A DNA stretch of 64,000 bases from Propionicimonas sp. (GCA_049840415.1 JASGLB010000009.1:254778-318777); one strand, 5' to 3'. Positions 54,837-64,000 are shown, numbered from the stretch's first letter. Notes: generated by a model from the sequence alone, not told the origin. Program-made: numbers and translations.

Positions 54837-55676
54837 GTGGACGGTGTGACCGGCCACGCTGACCTGTGGTGGTTGCCGGTCGGCGCCGGCGGTCGGGTCG
54901 TGATCCACACCAGCCGCTGGTGGGAGTCGTGGCGTGCCGGCCGTGAGCACCGCAGCCCCCGGCCGCTGTTCCACGCCGCGCTCGAACTCACCCAGGGCAC
55001 CACCCGGCACGTCATCGAGATGACCCCGGCCTGGGGTCAGCCACCCGGGCCGCGCGGTGTGGTCGCGACCGGTCCGGTCGGGCTGCGCTGGCTGGGCGTC
55101 TGCCCGCTGGCCCGCTATGAAGTGCGGTGTTGGCAGGGCGGGACCATCCCCGATCTGGAGTACGCCGTCGGCGACCCGACCCGGTTCCCGCTGACCCGCG
55201 TCGAGCTCGAGTCGCTGATCGCCCGGGTTCCCGCCGTGCCCCGGCTGGTGTGGGGGCGCGACGAGTTCGGGATCGACGACATGTGGAACTCCAACTCGCT
55301 GATCGCCTGGCTGCTGCATACCTCGGGGATCGACGCGGAGCGCATCCGGCCACCGGCTGGTGGCAGCGCGCCGGGCTGGCGCTCGGGGGTCGTCGCCGCG
55401 ACCCGCGCTACACCTGATCGGCCGAGGAGGCTGCCATGGCGCCAGTCTGTTGGACGTTCCAGTGAGGCCGGTCTGCCTAGAGCGGATGACGGGAATCGAA
55501 CCCGCATGACCAGCTTGGAAGGCTGGGGCTCTGCCATTGAGCTACATCCGCGCGCAGACCACCATAGCGGACCGACGCAGCCGCTCGCGCCGCGGGCCGG
55601 GCGGTCGGACGGGCGGCGAAGCTCCCCCGCCTCCGCCGGGCTCAGCCCAGCCGCTCGGCCGCGGCCGACGGGCTGA
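54837..55676 (+). CDS. Hypothetical protein; start uncertain; ORF runs through tRNA-Gly antisense
   Basis: Protein-like core DLWWLPVGAGG...LFHAALE...RYEVRCW...WGRDE...MWNSNSLIAWLL...APGW. Confidence 0.6.
   Translation: MDGVTGHADLWWLPVGAGGRVVIHTSRWWESWRAGREHRSPRPLFHAALELTQGTTRHVIEMTPAWGQPPGPRGVVATGPVGLRWLGVCPLARYEVRCWQGGTIPDLEYAVGDPTRFPLTRVELESLIARVPAVPRLVWGRDEFGIDDMWNSNSLIAWLLHTSGIDAERIRPPAGGSAPGWRSGVVAATRATPDRPRRLPWRQSVGRSSEAGLPRADDGNRTRMTSLEGWGSAIELHPRADHHSGPTQPLAPRAGRSDGRRSSPASAGLSPAARPRPTG
55481..55551 (-). tRNA. tRNA-Gly(TCC)
   Basis: Reverse complement GCGGATGTAGCTCAATGGCAGAGCC-CCAGC-CTTCCAA-GCTGG-TCATGCGGGTTCGATTCCCGTCATCCGCT. Confidence 0.97.
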
Positions 55677-56841
55677 CCACCAGGGTGGTGGCGGCCTCGG
55701 CCTCGGTCGGGAACCGCCGGGCGTAGTCGGCGAGCCAGTCCGCGGCGAACCCCTCGGCGTCCCCGGCCCGGACCATGGCCCAGACGCTGCCGCCGAAGCC
55801 CGCCCCGAAGGCCGACGCGGCCAGGGCGCCCAGCCGGGTGGCGTTGGCCGCCAGCGCGACGGTCTGCGGCACCTGGTTGCCCAGCTGGGTCTCGGCCGCC
55901 TGCTGCGACGCCAGGGTCACCGAGCCGAAGCCGGACAGGTCGCCGGCCCGCAACGCGGCCGCGGCCTGGGGCACCAGCACCTCGGACTCGCGGACGAACT
56001 GCTCCACCCGAGCCCGCAGATAGCCCGCCGGCAGCAGGCCGAGCAGCCGTCCGGGGGCGTCGTCCGCGCTTCGGACGGCGGTCGCCAGGTGGCGGTCGGC
56101 GCGTCCGGTGGCCTGGTTCCACAGCGTCAGGGCCTCGCGGATGGCCAGCGAGGCGCGGTTGTAGAGCTGCCTGGCGGCACCGGTCTTCTCCGCGGCAACC
56201 CCGCTGGTCGCCACCACGAAGACGTGGTCGTCCGGCCAGGGCAGCTGACCGCGGTGTTCCACCGGCGCGAACCCGAACCAGCCCAGTTCGCCGGCCCGGC
56301 CGCACAGCATGGCGGTGTGATCCTCCGAGCCGCCCAGCGTCCCCACCCCGGTGTGACCGGGCAGTCCGCCGAAGCTGCTGCCGTTCTCCATCGAGGCCAG
56401 GTAGGAGGCCAGCCGAAGCCGATCCTCCCCGATCTCCGCCACCCACAGCGGGGTCTGGCGAATGCCGTTCAGATCGGCCAGCACCAGCGCGGCGGCCACG
56501 ATCAGCGCCGACGAACTGGACATCCCCGAGGCCAGCGGAAGATCGGAGTCGATCTGCAGTTCGGCGCCGGCCAGCGGCCCGAAGTTGCCGGCCAGCCGCT
56601 CGATCGCGGTCTGCAGGTAGTGCCCCCAGTGGCCCTCCGGCAGAGCGGGGGCCACGCCCTGCCGCAGCCTGACCGGATCGGGGAAGCTGCTGCTGCGGGC
56701 GACGATCGCCTCCTGATCGGCGGCCCGGCCGGTGATCGTCACGCCGCGGTTGGCCGCGCAGACCAGGACGTTACCGCCGGCGTAGTCGGTGTGCTTGCCG
56801 AGCACCTCGATCCGGCCCGGCACCCGCCAGGTGACGTTCAC
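55642..56841 (-). CDS. Galactokinase-like GHMP sugar kinase
   Basis: PGRIEVLGKHTDYAGG, PLASGMSSSSA and GAGFGGS motifs. Confidence 0.88.
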   Translation of the reverse strand: MNVTWRVPGRIEVLGKHTDYAGGNVLVCAANRGVTITGRAADQEAIVARSSSFPDPVRLRQGVAPALPEGHWGHYLQTAIERLAGNFGPLAGAELQIDSDLPLASGMSSSSALIVAAALVLADLNGIRQTPLWVAEIGEDRLRLASYLASMENGSSFGGLPGHTGVGTLGGSEDHTAMLCGRAGELGWFGFAPVEHRGQLPWPDDHVFVVATSGVAAEKTGAARQLYNRASLAIREALTLWNQATGRADRHLATAVRSADDAPGRLLGLLPAGYLRARVEQFVRESEVLVPQAAAALRAGDLSGFGSVTLASQQAAETQLGNQVPQTVALAANATRLGALAASAFGAGFGGSVWAMVRAGDAEGFAADWLADYARRFPTEAEAATTLVVSPSAAAERLG

Positions 56842-57647
56842 AGCTCGACCCGCTGGTTCTCCAGCGCCCTGGCCACCTCGGCGACATCCTGGCGGGAGGA
56901 CAGATCCCAGACCCCTTCGGTGGAGGACACCAGCGAGATCCGTTCGCCGCCGGCGACCAGCCAGCGGACGGCGTCCACCAGCTCGAGTTCGCCCCGGGGG
57001 GAGAGCGGGATGGCCGCGCAGGCCTGGAACACCCGTGGGCCGAACAGCCAGCAGTTCATGCTCACCAGTCGGTCGCCGCCGACCGCGGCCAGCCTCGCCG
57101 CGGTCGGCTTCTCGGTGACATCGACCAGGTTGCCCGCGGCGTCGACCTTGAGCAGCGCGAAGGCGGCGATCCGGTCGGCGGAGATATTGGAGTTGGCCAC
57201 CAGTCCGTCCGGGCTGAAGCCCACCGTGGCCATCCCGGGCGCGGCGGCCAGCCGGCGCAACGTCCCGGTCGGGTAGAGGTTGTCGCCGTTGACCACCACG
57301 AAACGGTCCTGGCCGACGAACCCGGCCGCCGCAGCGACCGCGTCCGCTGTCCCCCGCGGTTCGGCCTGGACGGCGTAGCTGATCCGCACCCGCCGCAGCG
57401 GCAGGGCGTCGTAGTAGTCCCGGACGGCCTGGTGCTCCGGCCCGATCACCAGGCAGAGGTCGGTCAGGCCGGCGCCGGCCAGCCGGTGCAGGACATGATC
57501 CAGGAACGGACGTCCGCCCAACGGCATCATCGCCTTGGCGCCGGCCGCGGCCGCCGCCGACTGCTCGGGGGTCAGGTCGGCGGCTCCTGCCCGCCGCATC
57601 CGGGAGCCCAGCCCCCGGGCCATCACCACCGCTTTGGTGAGGGTCAC
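56838..57647 (-). CDS. Sugar-1-phosphate nucleotidyltransferase
   Basis: AVVMARGLGSRMR, KAMMP, QAEPRGTADAV, NGDN, EKP and SPRGELEL motifs. Confidence 0.88.
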   Translation of the reverse strand: MTLTKAVVMARGLGSRMRRAGAADLTPEQSAAAAAGAKAMMPLGGRPFLDHVLHRLAGAGLTDLCLVIGPEHQAVRDYYDALPLRRVRISYAVQAEPRGTADAVAAAAGFVGQDRFVVVNGDNLYPTGTLRRLAAAPGMATVGFSPDGLVANSNISADRIAAFALLKVDAAGNLVDVTEKPTAARLAAVGGDRLVSMNCWLFGPRVFQACAAIPLSPRGELELVDAVRWLVAGGERISLVSSTEGVWDLSSRQDVAEVARALENQRVEL

Positions 57648-58654
57648 TTCCGGTACCCCATCGGGTTGGCTGACTGCCACGCCCAATGGTCCCGGCACAT
57701 GTCGGCCAGCGACCGGGTGCTCCGCCAGCCCAACTCGCGCTGGGCCTTGGCCGGATCGGCCAGTGACACCGCGACGTCGCCGTCGCGCCGGGGCAGGATC
57801 TCGTAGGGCAGTTCCCGGCCGACCGCCGCGCTCCAGGCGTGCAGCACCTCCAGCACCGAGGCGCCCACTCCGGTGCCGAGGTTCCACACCTGGCAGCCCT
57901 CCCGGTCGGCCAGCGCCTGCAGCGCGGCGAGGTGGCCCTGGGCGAGGTCGCAGACGTGGATGTAGTCCCGGACCCCGGTGCCGTCCGGGGTGTCGTAGTC
58001 GTTGCCGAAGATCTTCAGCGACCCCAGCCGTCCGCTGGCCACCTGGGCGACGTAGGGGAACAGGTTGTTCGGGATGCCGGACGGATCCTCGCCGATCCGG
58101 CCGGAGGGGTGCGCGCCGACCGGGTTGAAGTAGCGCAGCAGCGCGACCCGCCACCCGCCGAGCGCGGCCAGATCGGACAGGATCCGCTCGATCATCACCT
58201 TGGTCTGGCCGTAGGGGTTGGTCGCCGCCAGCGGCGCGTCCTCGGTGAAGGGCGGCTCCGAGGCCGACCCGTACACCGTCGCGGACGACGAGAACACCAG
58301 GGTGCGGCTGGCATGGCGATCCATCACCCGTAGCAGAGTCATGGTTCCGCCCACGTTCTCGTGGTAGTACCGCAGCGGTTGGGCGACCGACTCCCCCACC
58401 GCCTTCAGCCCGGCGAAGTGCATCACCGCGTCCGGAGCGAAGTCGCCGAAGAGCCGCTCCAGCGCGTCCTCGTCCCGCAGGTTGGCCTCGGTGAAGCCGA
58501 CCAGCCGACCGGTGATCTCGCTCACCCGGACGAGCGCCTCGGTGGACGAGTTGGACAGGTCGTCGACGACGTGGACCTCGTGCCCGGCTTCGAGAAGCTC
58601 GACCAGGGTGTGGGATCCGATGTAGCCGGCGCCGCCCGTGGCAAGAACGCGCAT
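57644..58654 (-). CDS. galE: UDP-glucose 4-epimerase
   Basis: GGAGYIGSH, YGQTK, LRYFNPVGAH and RDYIHV motifs. Confidence 0.96.
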   Translation of the reverse strand: MRVLATGGAGYIGSHTLVELLEAGHEVHVVDDLSNSSTEALVRVSEITGRLVGFTEANLRDEDALERLFGDFAPDAVMHFAGLKAVGESVAQPLRYYHENVGGTMTLLRVMDRHASRTLVFSSSATVYGSASEPPFTEDAPLAATNPYGQTKVMIERILSDLAALGGWRVALLRYFNPVGAHPSGRIGEDPSGIPNNLFPYVAQVASGRLGSLKIFGNDYDTPDGTGVRDYIHVCDLAQGHLAALQALADREGCQVWNLGTGVGASVLEVLHAWSAAVGRELPYEILPRRDGDVAVSLADPAKAQRELGWRSTRSLADMCRDHWAWQSANPMGYRK

Positions 58655-58802
58655 CTTTCAAAACCGCCTAGCTCTGGAGGGAGTGGGCCTTCCCCGACCA
58701 TCTCGGGGGCGAACCCGCACTGTCAGTAGCGTGGCAGCAACCGACCCGATAACGCCAACCCCACCCGCCGCGGTTCGCCGATTCGCCGCGGACGTCGTAC
58801 GC

Positions 58803-59702
58803 CTAACCCTGCTCCGCCGCTCGGCCGGCGCGCTGCAGGGCCCGCAACACCTTCGCCACCACCAGGCGTTCCGCCTTGTCGCGACGGACGATGGCGACGA
58901 TGAACCGGACGCAGGGCACCTCCAGCAGCGGCTTCAGCACCACCTGGTCGCCGGTCGGGGCGGTGAACCGGGGCAGGACGGCGAGTTGGTCCCCGGCGGC
59001 CACCAGCGCCTCCACCAGCCGGTTGTCGCGCACCCGTTGGGTGACCCGCAGGTCGCGGCCGGTGTGGGCGGAGATCCGCTGCAGCACGGTGTCGAAGGGG
59101 TAGCCCGGCGGCACTGCGATCCAGCTCTCGTCCACCAGGTCGGCGGGACGCACCCGGGGGCGGCCGGCCAGCCGATGCCCGGCCGCCATGGCGACGTCAA
59201 GCGGCTCGTGGGCGAGCACCACCGTCCCCAGCCCCTCCGCCCCGGCCGGGGTGGGCCCGGTCAGGCTGTGGCCGATCACGATGTCGTGGCTGGTCGCCAG
59301 CGAGGCGAACTCGTGCTCGGCGATATCCACGTCGTCCACCAGCAGCTCGATGCCGACCGCGGCCAGCTCGGCCAGTGCGGCCGGTAGCAGGAAGGTCGCC
59401 GCGCTGGGCAGCGAGGCGATCCGCACGGTGCCGGTGGTGGCGCCGCGCCAGGCGTCCCAGCGGGCCTGGGCGCGGGCCAGCGCGGCCTCCACCTCCGCCC
59501 CGCAGTCGGCCAGCAGCAGGCCGGCCTCGGTGAGCCGCAGGCCGCGTCCGTCCGGCTCCACCAGGGCCGCCCCGAAGGCGCGCTGGGCGACCTTGAGCTG
59601 CTGCGAGACCGCGGACGGCGTGCGCCGGGTCGCCTCGGCCACGGCCACCACCGAGCCGTGCTGGGCGAGATCGCGGAGCAACTCCAGGTGACGAGCTTCC
59701 AT
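58803..59702 (-). CDS. LysR family regulator
   Basis: TPSAVSQQLKV...GRGLRLTEAG; leaderless TAGGCT-N6-ATG start. Confidence 0.93.
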   Translation of the reverse strand: MEARHLELLRDLAQHGSVVAVAEATRRTPSAVSQQLKVAQRAFGAALVEPDGRGLRLTEAGLLLADCGAEVEAALARAQARWDAWRGATTGTVRIASLPSAATFLLPAALAELAAVGIELLVDDVDIAEHEFASLATSHDIVIGHSLTGPTPAGAEGLGTVVLAHEPLDVAMAAGHRLAGRPRVRPADLVDESWIAVPPGYPFDTVLQRISAHTGRDLRVTQRVRDNRLVEALVAAGDQLAVLPRFTAPTGDQVVLKPLLEVPCVRFIVAIVRRDKAERLVVAKVLRALQRAGRAAEQG

Positions 59703-59773
59703 GAAGGCAGCCTACATTGACGAATAGCCAACCCTGATTGTGTCTAATGAAAGCAACGACCATACTCGACCCC

Positions 59774-60709
59774 ATGACCCCCGCTCACCGGCTGCTCGCC
59801 TGTCTCGTCGCCCTGCTGTGGGGGCTGAACTTCATCGCCATCGACGCCTCGCTGGCGCAGTTCCCGCCAATGTTCCTGGTGGTGCTCCGGTTCGCGTTGA
59901 TCGCGATCCCGACCCTGGTGCTCGTTCCCTGGCCGAGGATCCCGGTGCGCTGGTGGCTGCTCTACGGCACCGGTTTCGGCATCCTGCAGTTCCTCTTCCT
60001 GTACTGGGGGATGGCGGCCGGGATGCCGGCCGGGCTGGCCTCGCTGGTGCTGCAGTGCTCGGCGCCGTTCACCGTCGTGCTAGGCACGGCGCTGCTGCGG
60101 GAGCGGCTCAGCACCCGGCAGGTGGTGGGGATCACGGTCGCGGTAGCCGGCCTGACCGTGGTGGGGGTGCAGCGCTGGGAGTCCGCCGCGCTGCTGCCCT
60201 TCCTGCTCACCCTGGCCGGCGGCCTCGGCTGGGCGTTCGGCAACCTCGGCAACCGCCTGGCCTCCGCCGCCAATCCGACCGCCAACCCGCTGCACCTGGT
60301 GTTGTGGATGAGCGTCGTGCCGCCGCTGCCGATGCTCGCGGTGTCGCTGGCCACCGAAGGCCCGGCCCGGATCGGCGCCTCCCTCGCCACCCTCAACTCG
60401 ACCGTCGGCTGGCTGGCGCTGGCCGGACTGGCCTACACCATCCTGCTCGGCACCCTGCTCGGTTCAGGGCTGTGGACCTACCTGATGTCCCGTCACCCGG
60501 CGAGCAGGGTGGCCCCCTACTCGATGCTGGTGCCCGTCGTCGGCCTGTCGGCCGCCTGGTTGATCCTCGGCGAGCAGCCGTCGGCGGCCGAGCTGGTCGG
60601 TTCGGCCCTGGTCGCCGCCGGAGTGCTGTGGAGCAGCAGCCGCGCGGCGCGTCCGGCGACGGACGCGGCCCGGCCGACCACCGCCGTCCAGGAACAGCCG
60701 GTGGGCTGA
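59774..60709 (+). CDS. EamA-family exporter
   Basis: LWGLNF, GLASLVLQ and VAPYSMLVPVVG motifs; divergent from LysR. Confidence 0.9.
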   Translation: MTPAHRLLACLVALLWGLNFIAIDASLAQFPPMFLVVLRFALIAIPTLVLVPWPRIPVRWWLLYGTGFGILQFLFLYWGMAAGMPAGLASLVLQCSAPFTVVLGTALLRERLSTRQVVGITVAVAGLTVVGVQRWESAALLPFLLTLAGGLGWAFGNLGNRLASAANPTANPLHLVLWMSVVPPLPMLAVSLATEGPARIGASLATLNSTVGWLALAGLAYTILLGTLLGSGLWTYLMSRHPASRVAPYSMLVPVVGLSAAWLILGEQPSAAELVGSALVAAGVLWSSSRAARPATDAARPTTAVQEQPVG

Positions 60710-60716
60710 GCCTGCC

Positions 60717-60887
60717 TCAGCGTCGCCGGGTGTCGTCGAAGAACAGGATCACCACCAGGACATACGCCATCGGCCCGACCAGCAGCACGATCGTCACCGC
60801 CATCACGATCTCGAACCAGCCAGCGAGCAGCATCATGCCGAGCAGGACCGCCCCCGCGATCGCACCCCAGAACGGCCAATGCTCCAT
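60717..60887 (-). CDS. Small 56-aa membrane protein
   Basis: MEHWPFWGAIAGAVLLG...VILFFDDTRRR, two hydrophobic helices; TACAGT-N6-ATG start. Confidence 0.6.
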   Translation of the reverse strand: MEHWPFWGAIAGAVLLGMMLLAGWFEIVMAVTIVLLVGPMAYVLVVILFFDDTRRR

Positions 60888-60928
60888 GGCCGGACTGTAG
60901 GACCGGTGGGGGTCGGAGCCGTCCGGGC

Positions 60929-61924
60929 TCAGGGACGCAGCGCGGTCGACACCTCGCGGACCCAGCCGAACAGTTCGTCGGTCAGCGGACGGTCGCCGAT
61001 CGCGGCGAGTGCCGCCGCCCAGCCGGCCAGGAAGTAGTCCCAGCCGTCCTCCACCGTGACGCCGGCCGCCCGGGCCTGGGCGAGGAAGGTGAGCGGGCCG
61101 CGGTAGTTGAAGTCCCAGGCCACCACGCCGGCCGGGAAGGCGTCTTGGTCCACCGGGGAACCGGGGGAAAGCTTCCCCAACCCGGTGGCATTGGCGATGA
61201 TCGCGCCCGGGGCGGCCCGGCGGGTCACCGCGGCGATCTCCTCCGGGCCGCGGGCCAGCACCAGCCGGATGTCGGCGGCGGTGAGGCCGGCGCGTTCGCG
61301 TACCGCGGCGATCTCGTCGAGGGCGGCCTGCCGGCGTCCCAGGATGGTGAGCGGGCCGCGGGTCGCGCCCGGTGCCCGCCGGACCGGACGGCCTTCCCGG
61401 ATGGTCTCCGGAATGTCCAGCCCGACAGCCAGCATCAGCGCGATCGCCGAGCCGCCCGCCCCGATGCAGATGATGGGACGCTGTGACGCCGGTTGCGCGG
61501 TGGCGGTGGTGTCGAGGATCAGGTCCAGCGACTGGGCGTCGCGGGCGAAGCCGCCGAGCCGTCCGTCGCGGACCTGCACGGAGTTGAACTCGTGGGTGAT
61601 CCCGACCAGCGGATCGGTGTGGTCGAACAGGTCGGCCGCCGCCCGGTGGAGGCTCAGCTTGTGGCTGGTGACGACCGCTCCCCGGACCGCCGGGTTGTCC
61701 CGCATCGCCAGCAGCAGGTCGCGGTACGCCGCAGCGGGTGCGTCGGCCGGTAGATCCACGCCGCGCATCACCCCGCCGGGGGCCAGCCGCGGCGCCCACA
61801 CCGGGAAGGCCTCGTGCACGCTGGAACCGGCGGTGCTGATCCCGAGGAACAGGTACAGGTCGGGGCCGGAGTAGGCGGCGACCTGGTCCGTAGTGAGCAG
61901 GACGGATGTCTCGTCGGCGCTCAT
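60929..61924 (-). CDS. Shikimate dehydrogenase-like oxidoreductase
   Basis: LFLGISTAGSS, VVTSHK, GAGGSA, NATGLGK and WDFNYRG motifs. Confidence 0.78.
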   Translation of the reverse strand: MSADETSVLLTTDQVAAYSGPDLYLFLGISTAGSSVHEAFPVWAPRLAPGGVMRGVDLPADAPAAAYRDLLLAMRDNPAVRGAVVTSHKLSLHRAAADLFDHTDPLVGITHEFNSVQVRDGRLGGFARDAQSLDLILDTTATAQPASQRPIICIGAGGSAIALMLAVGLDIPETIREGRPVRRAPGATRGPLTILGRRQAALDEIAAVRERAGLTAADIRLVLARGPEEIAAVTRRAAPGAIIANATGLGKLSPGSPVDQDAFPAGVVAWDFNYRGPLTFLAQARAAGVTVEDGWDYFLAGWAAALAAIGDRPLTDELFGWVREVSTALRP

Positions 61925-62685
61925 CGCCCGACCTCCTTGCTGGTCTCGTCGCCGGGCAGGACGTCCCGCCAGGCCCGTACCACGGCGGCCGGGTCGACGG
62001 CGCGTTCGAAGACGCTGGCCCCCAGATAGCCGTTGACCACTCGCAACGGTTCCGGGAGGGCAGCGAGGCACTGTTGCAGCTCCGCCGGGGAGGTCAGCGA
62101 GCCGCCGTGCAGGATGATCTTGCCGGCACCCAGGTCGGCCGCCACCTGGAGGCAGTCGTCCAGGCTGGTCGGCGAGGGATAGCCGGTGATGCCGAGGTGG
62201 ATGATCACGCCGGTCGCGCCCGCCTCGATCGCCAACCTGGTCCAGGTCGGGTCGAAGACGTAGGCCCAGGCCTCCAGCCCGGCGTCCACCGCCTCGGCCA
62301 GCAGGGCGATCTCGGCGTCCCGGCCCAGCGACTCGGCCTCCAGCACCATCCGGACGGTGCCCTCCAACAGCCCCACCGTCGGTGCGTTCAGGACGCCGGC
62401 CACCCCCGCCTCCCGCAACCGGGCGAGCATCTCGGCCCGCGGGATCAGCCCGTCGTTGGCGCACACCGTGGCCAGCACCGGCGTGGCGGCGGCGCCCTGC
62501 AGCACGCCGGGGAGCATGGTCAGGGTCTGCTCGTTGGCGCTCGCCCAGGCCAGCAGCCCGGCGACCGAGGGCAGCCCCCGTTCCCGGTAGGCGCTGGAGT
62601 GGTAGGCGACGATCCGGTCGACCCCGGCCCGGCTGAGGACGCCCGCCCGCTCGCCGGAGCCGGCGGCGGCCAGCACGATGGTCAT
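61921..62685 (-). CDS. Phosphoenolpyruvate hydrolase-like TIM-barrel protein
   Basis: SVAGLLAWASAN, TPVLA, GVLNAPTVGLLEG, YVF and HLGIT match this family's pattern. Confidence 0.8.
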   Translation of the reverse strand: MTIVLAAAGSGERAGVLSRAGVDRIVAYHSSAYRERGLPSVAGLLAWASANEQTLTMLPGVLQGAAATPVLATVCANDGLIPRAEMLARLREAGVAGVLNAPTVGLLEGTVRMVLEAESLGRDAEIALLAEAVDAGLEAWAYVFDPTWTRLAIEAGATGVIIHLGITGYPSPTSLDDCLQVAADLGAGKIILHGGSLTSPAELQQCLAALPEPLRVVNGYLGASVFERAVDPAAVVRAWRDVLPGDETSKEVGR

Positions 62686-62695
62686 CGGCGTCCGC

Positions 62696-63238
62696 TCAGC
62701 TGAGGTTGGCGTGCCGGCGGTCGAGTTCGCTCTCCGGAACCCCCAGCCGCTGCTGCACGGCGCGGCAGACCGCGTCCCCGACCACCAGCGCCGACTGCTC
62801 GAACAGCGACCCGGCATGCTGCTGCGTCGGCACCTGCGACCGGACCGGCAGCACCACCACCACGCCGGCGAGTTCCTGCAGTTCACCGTCCGGCTTGGCG
62901 GTGATCGTCGCGACCCCGGCGCCGGCCCGGTCGGCCACCCGGGCCTGCTGGAGCAGCGTCCCCCGTCCGGTGGCGGAGACCGCGACGAACAGGTCGCCGG
63001 CCTCGATGCCGGGGGTGGCGATCTCGCCCACCGCGTAGGCCTGGATGCCGATGTGCATCAGCCGCATCGCCACCGCGCGCGCGGCGAGCCCGGAGCGTCC
63101 GACACCGCTGAAGTAGACCTTCCGGGCAGCGATGATCGCGCTGACCAGGTTCTGCAGCACCTGCTCGTCCAGGGTGTCGACGACCGCGCCGAGTTCGGCG
63201 ACATTGCCCCGCGCGTAGTCCATGATCTGGCCGGTCAT
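62696..63238 (-). CDS. SIS-domain sugar-phosphate isomerase (HxlB/PHI-like)
   Basis: GVGRSGL, AMRLMHIG, VGEIATPGI and GSLFEQ motifs. Confidence 0.88.
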   Translation of the reverse strand: MTGQIMDYARGNVAELGAVVDTLDEQVLQNLVSAIIAARKVYFSGVGRSGLAARAVAMRLMHIGIQAYAVGEIATPGIEAGDLFVAVSATGRGTLLQQARVADRAGAGVATITAKPDGELQELAGVVVVLPVRSQVPTQQHAGSLFEQSALVVGDAVCRAVQQRLGVPESELDRRHANLS

Positions 63239-64000
63239 GCCTTCTGGCCCCCGATCCGGCCGCGGGCGGCCACCAGCAGCTTGTTGCCGATCCCGCTGTC
63301 CCGGCTGGCGAAGCGGTTGTACAGCGCCGTGGTGAGCACCGGCGTCGGGACGCCCAGCCGGACCGCCTCCTCGGCTGTCCAGCGGCCCATCCCGGAGTCG
63401 GACACCGCCGTGCCGACGCCGTCCAGGGTGGGGTTATCCTGCAGCGCGGCGAGGATCTGCTCCAGCAGCCAGGAGCGGATCGAACTGCCCTGCTGCCAGG
63501 CCGCCACCCCGGCCAGGGTGTCCACCTCGGGGTGCGCGGCCAGCAGCGCGTAGCCCTCGGCGTACGCTTCCAGGATCGCGTACTGCACGCCGTTGTGGAT
63601 CGCCTTCACCAGGTGCCCGGAGCCGACGTCACCGACCCGCTGGTAGCCGCCATCGGCCGAGAGGGCGTCGAGCACCGGTTCGATCCTGAGGAAGTCCTCC
63701 GCGGACGCCCCGGCCATCAGACCGTAGCCGTTCTGCCAGCCCCACTGTCCGCCGCTGACACCCACGTCGGCGAAACCGATCCCGCCGGCCGCGAGCGTGG
63801 CCTGGTTGACCTGGGCGTCGCGGAAGTCGCTGTTGCCGCCGTCGATCACCAGATCGCCGGGCGCCAGCACCCCGGCGAGTTCGCCGACAGTGGCGCGGGT
63901 GACCTCACCCGCTGGCAGCATCAGCCAGACGACCCGCGGCACCGCCAGTGCCGCGACCAGGGCAGCGAGTGAGTCGACGGTGCTGGCACCGTTGGCCTCC
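63235..64000 (-). CDS. gnd: Short-type decarboxylating 6-phosphogluconate dehydrogenase; 5' end outside window
   Basis: VWLMLPAG, IDGGNS, GVSGG, SGHLVKAIHNG, SSIRSWLL and DSGMGRWT motifs. Confidence 0.88.
   Translation of the reverse strand, partial: EANGASTVDSLAALVAALAVPRVVWLMLPAGEVTRATVGELAGVLAPGDLVIDGGNSDFRDAQVNQATLAAGGIGFADVGVSGGQWGWQNGYGLMAGASAEDFLRIEPVLDALSADGGYQRVGDVGSGHLVKAIHNGVQYAILEAYAEGYALLAAHPEVDTLAGVAAWQQGSSIRSWLLEQILAALQDNPTLDGVGTAVSDSGMGRWTAEEAVRLGVPTPVLTTALYNRFASRDSGIGNKLLVAARGRIGGQKA

Overview
High-GC actinobacterial chromosome segment; gene content and order suggest Propionibacteriales (inference). It is mostly core genes: rsfS-nadD-proA-proB-obgE, rpmA-rplU, nadE, rne, the TIGR03960/TIGR03936 radical-SAM pair, ndk-folC, valS, ptsH-ptsI and tig-clpP1-clpP2-clpX. 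The left edge (1-1697) is the decayed end of an element integrated at tRNA-Ala(GGC), with a SigJ-type sigma pseudogene, a serine-recombinase C-terminal remnant and a possible relaxase remnant. An accessory block of about 13 kb lies between tig and tRNA-Gly(TCC). It carries a UvrA-like ATPase and a DUF222-HNH gene, each behind a PafBC/RecA-NDp-like promoter, a GyrI-like gene, an iron-siderophore ABC operon with a DtxR/IdeR box, and an ECF sigma with its partner. Two sugar operons of unclear function follow: galE/NTP-transferase/GHMP kinase, and gnd-like/SIS/TIM-barrel/shikimate-DH-like. Items not in the ORF track include a 22-aa leaderless uORF coupled to an MFS pump, small leaderless membrane proteins, a REP-like repeat family with one copy inside a CDS, and widespread leaderless starts. 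No CRISPR array or rRNA was seen. All family assignments are from recognised motifs; no database searches were run.
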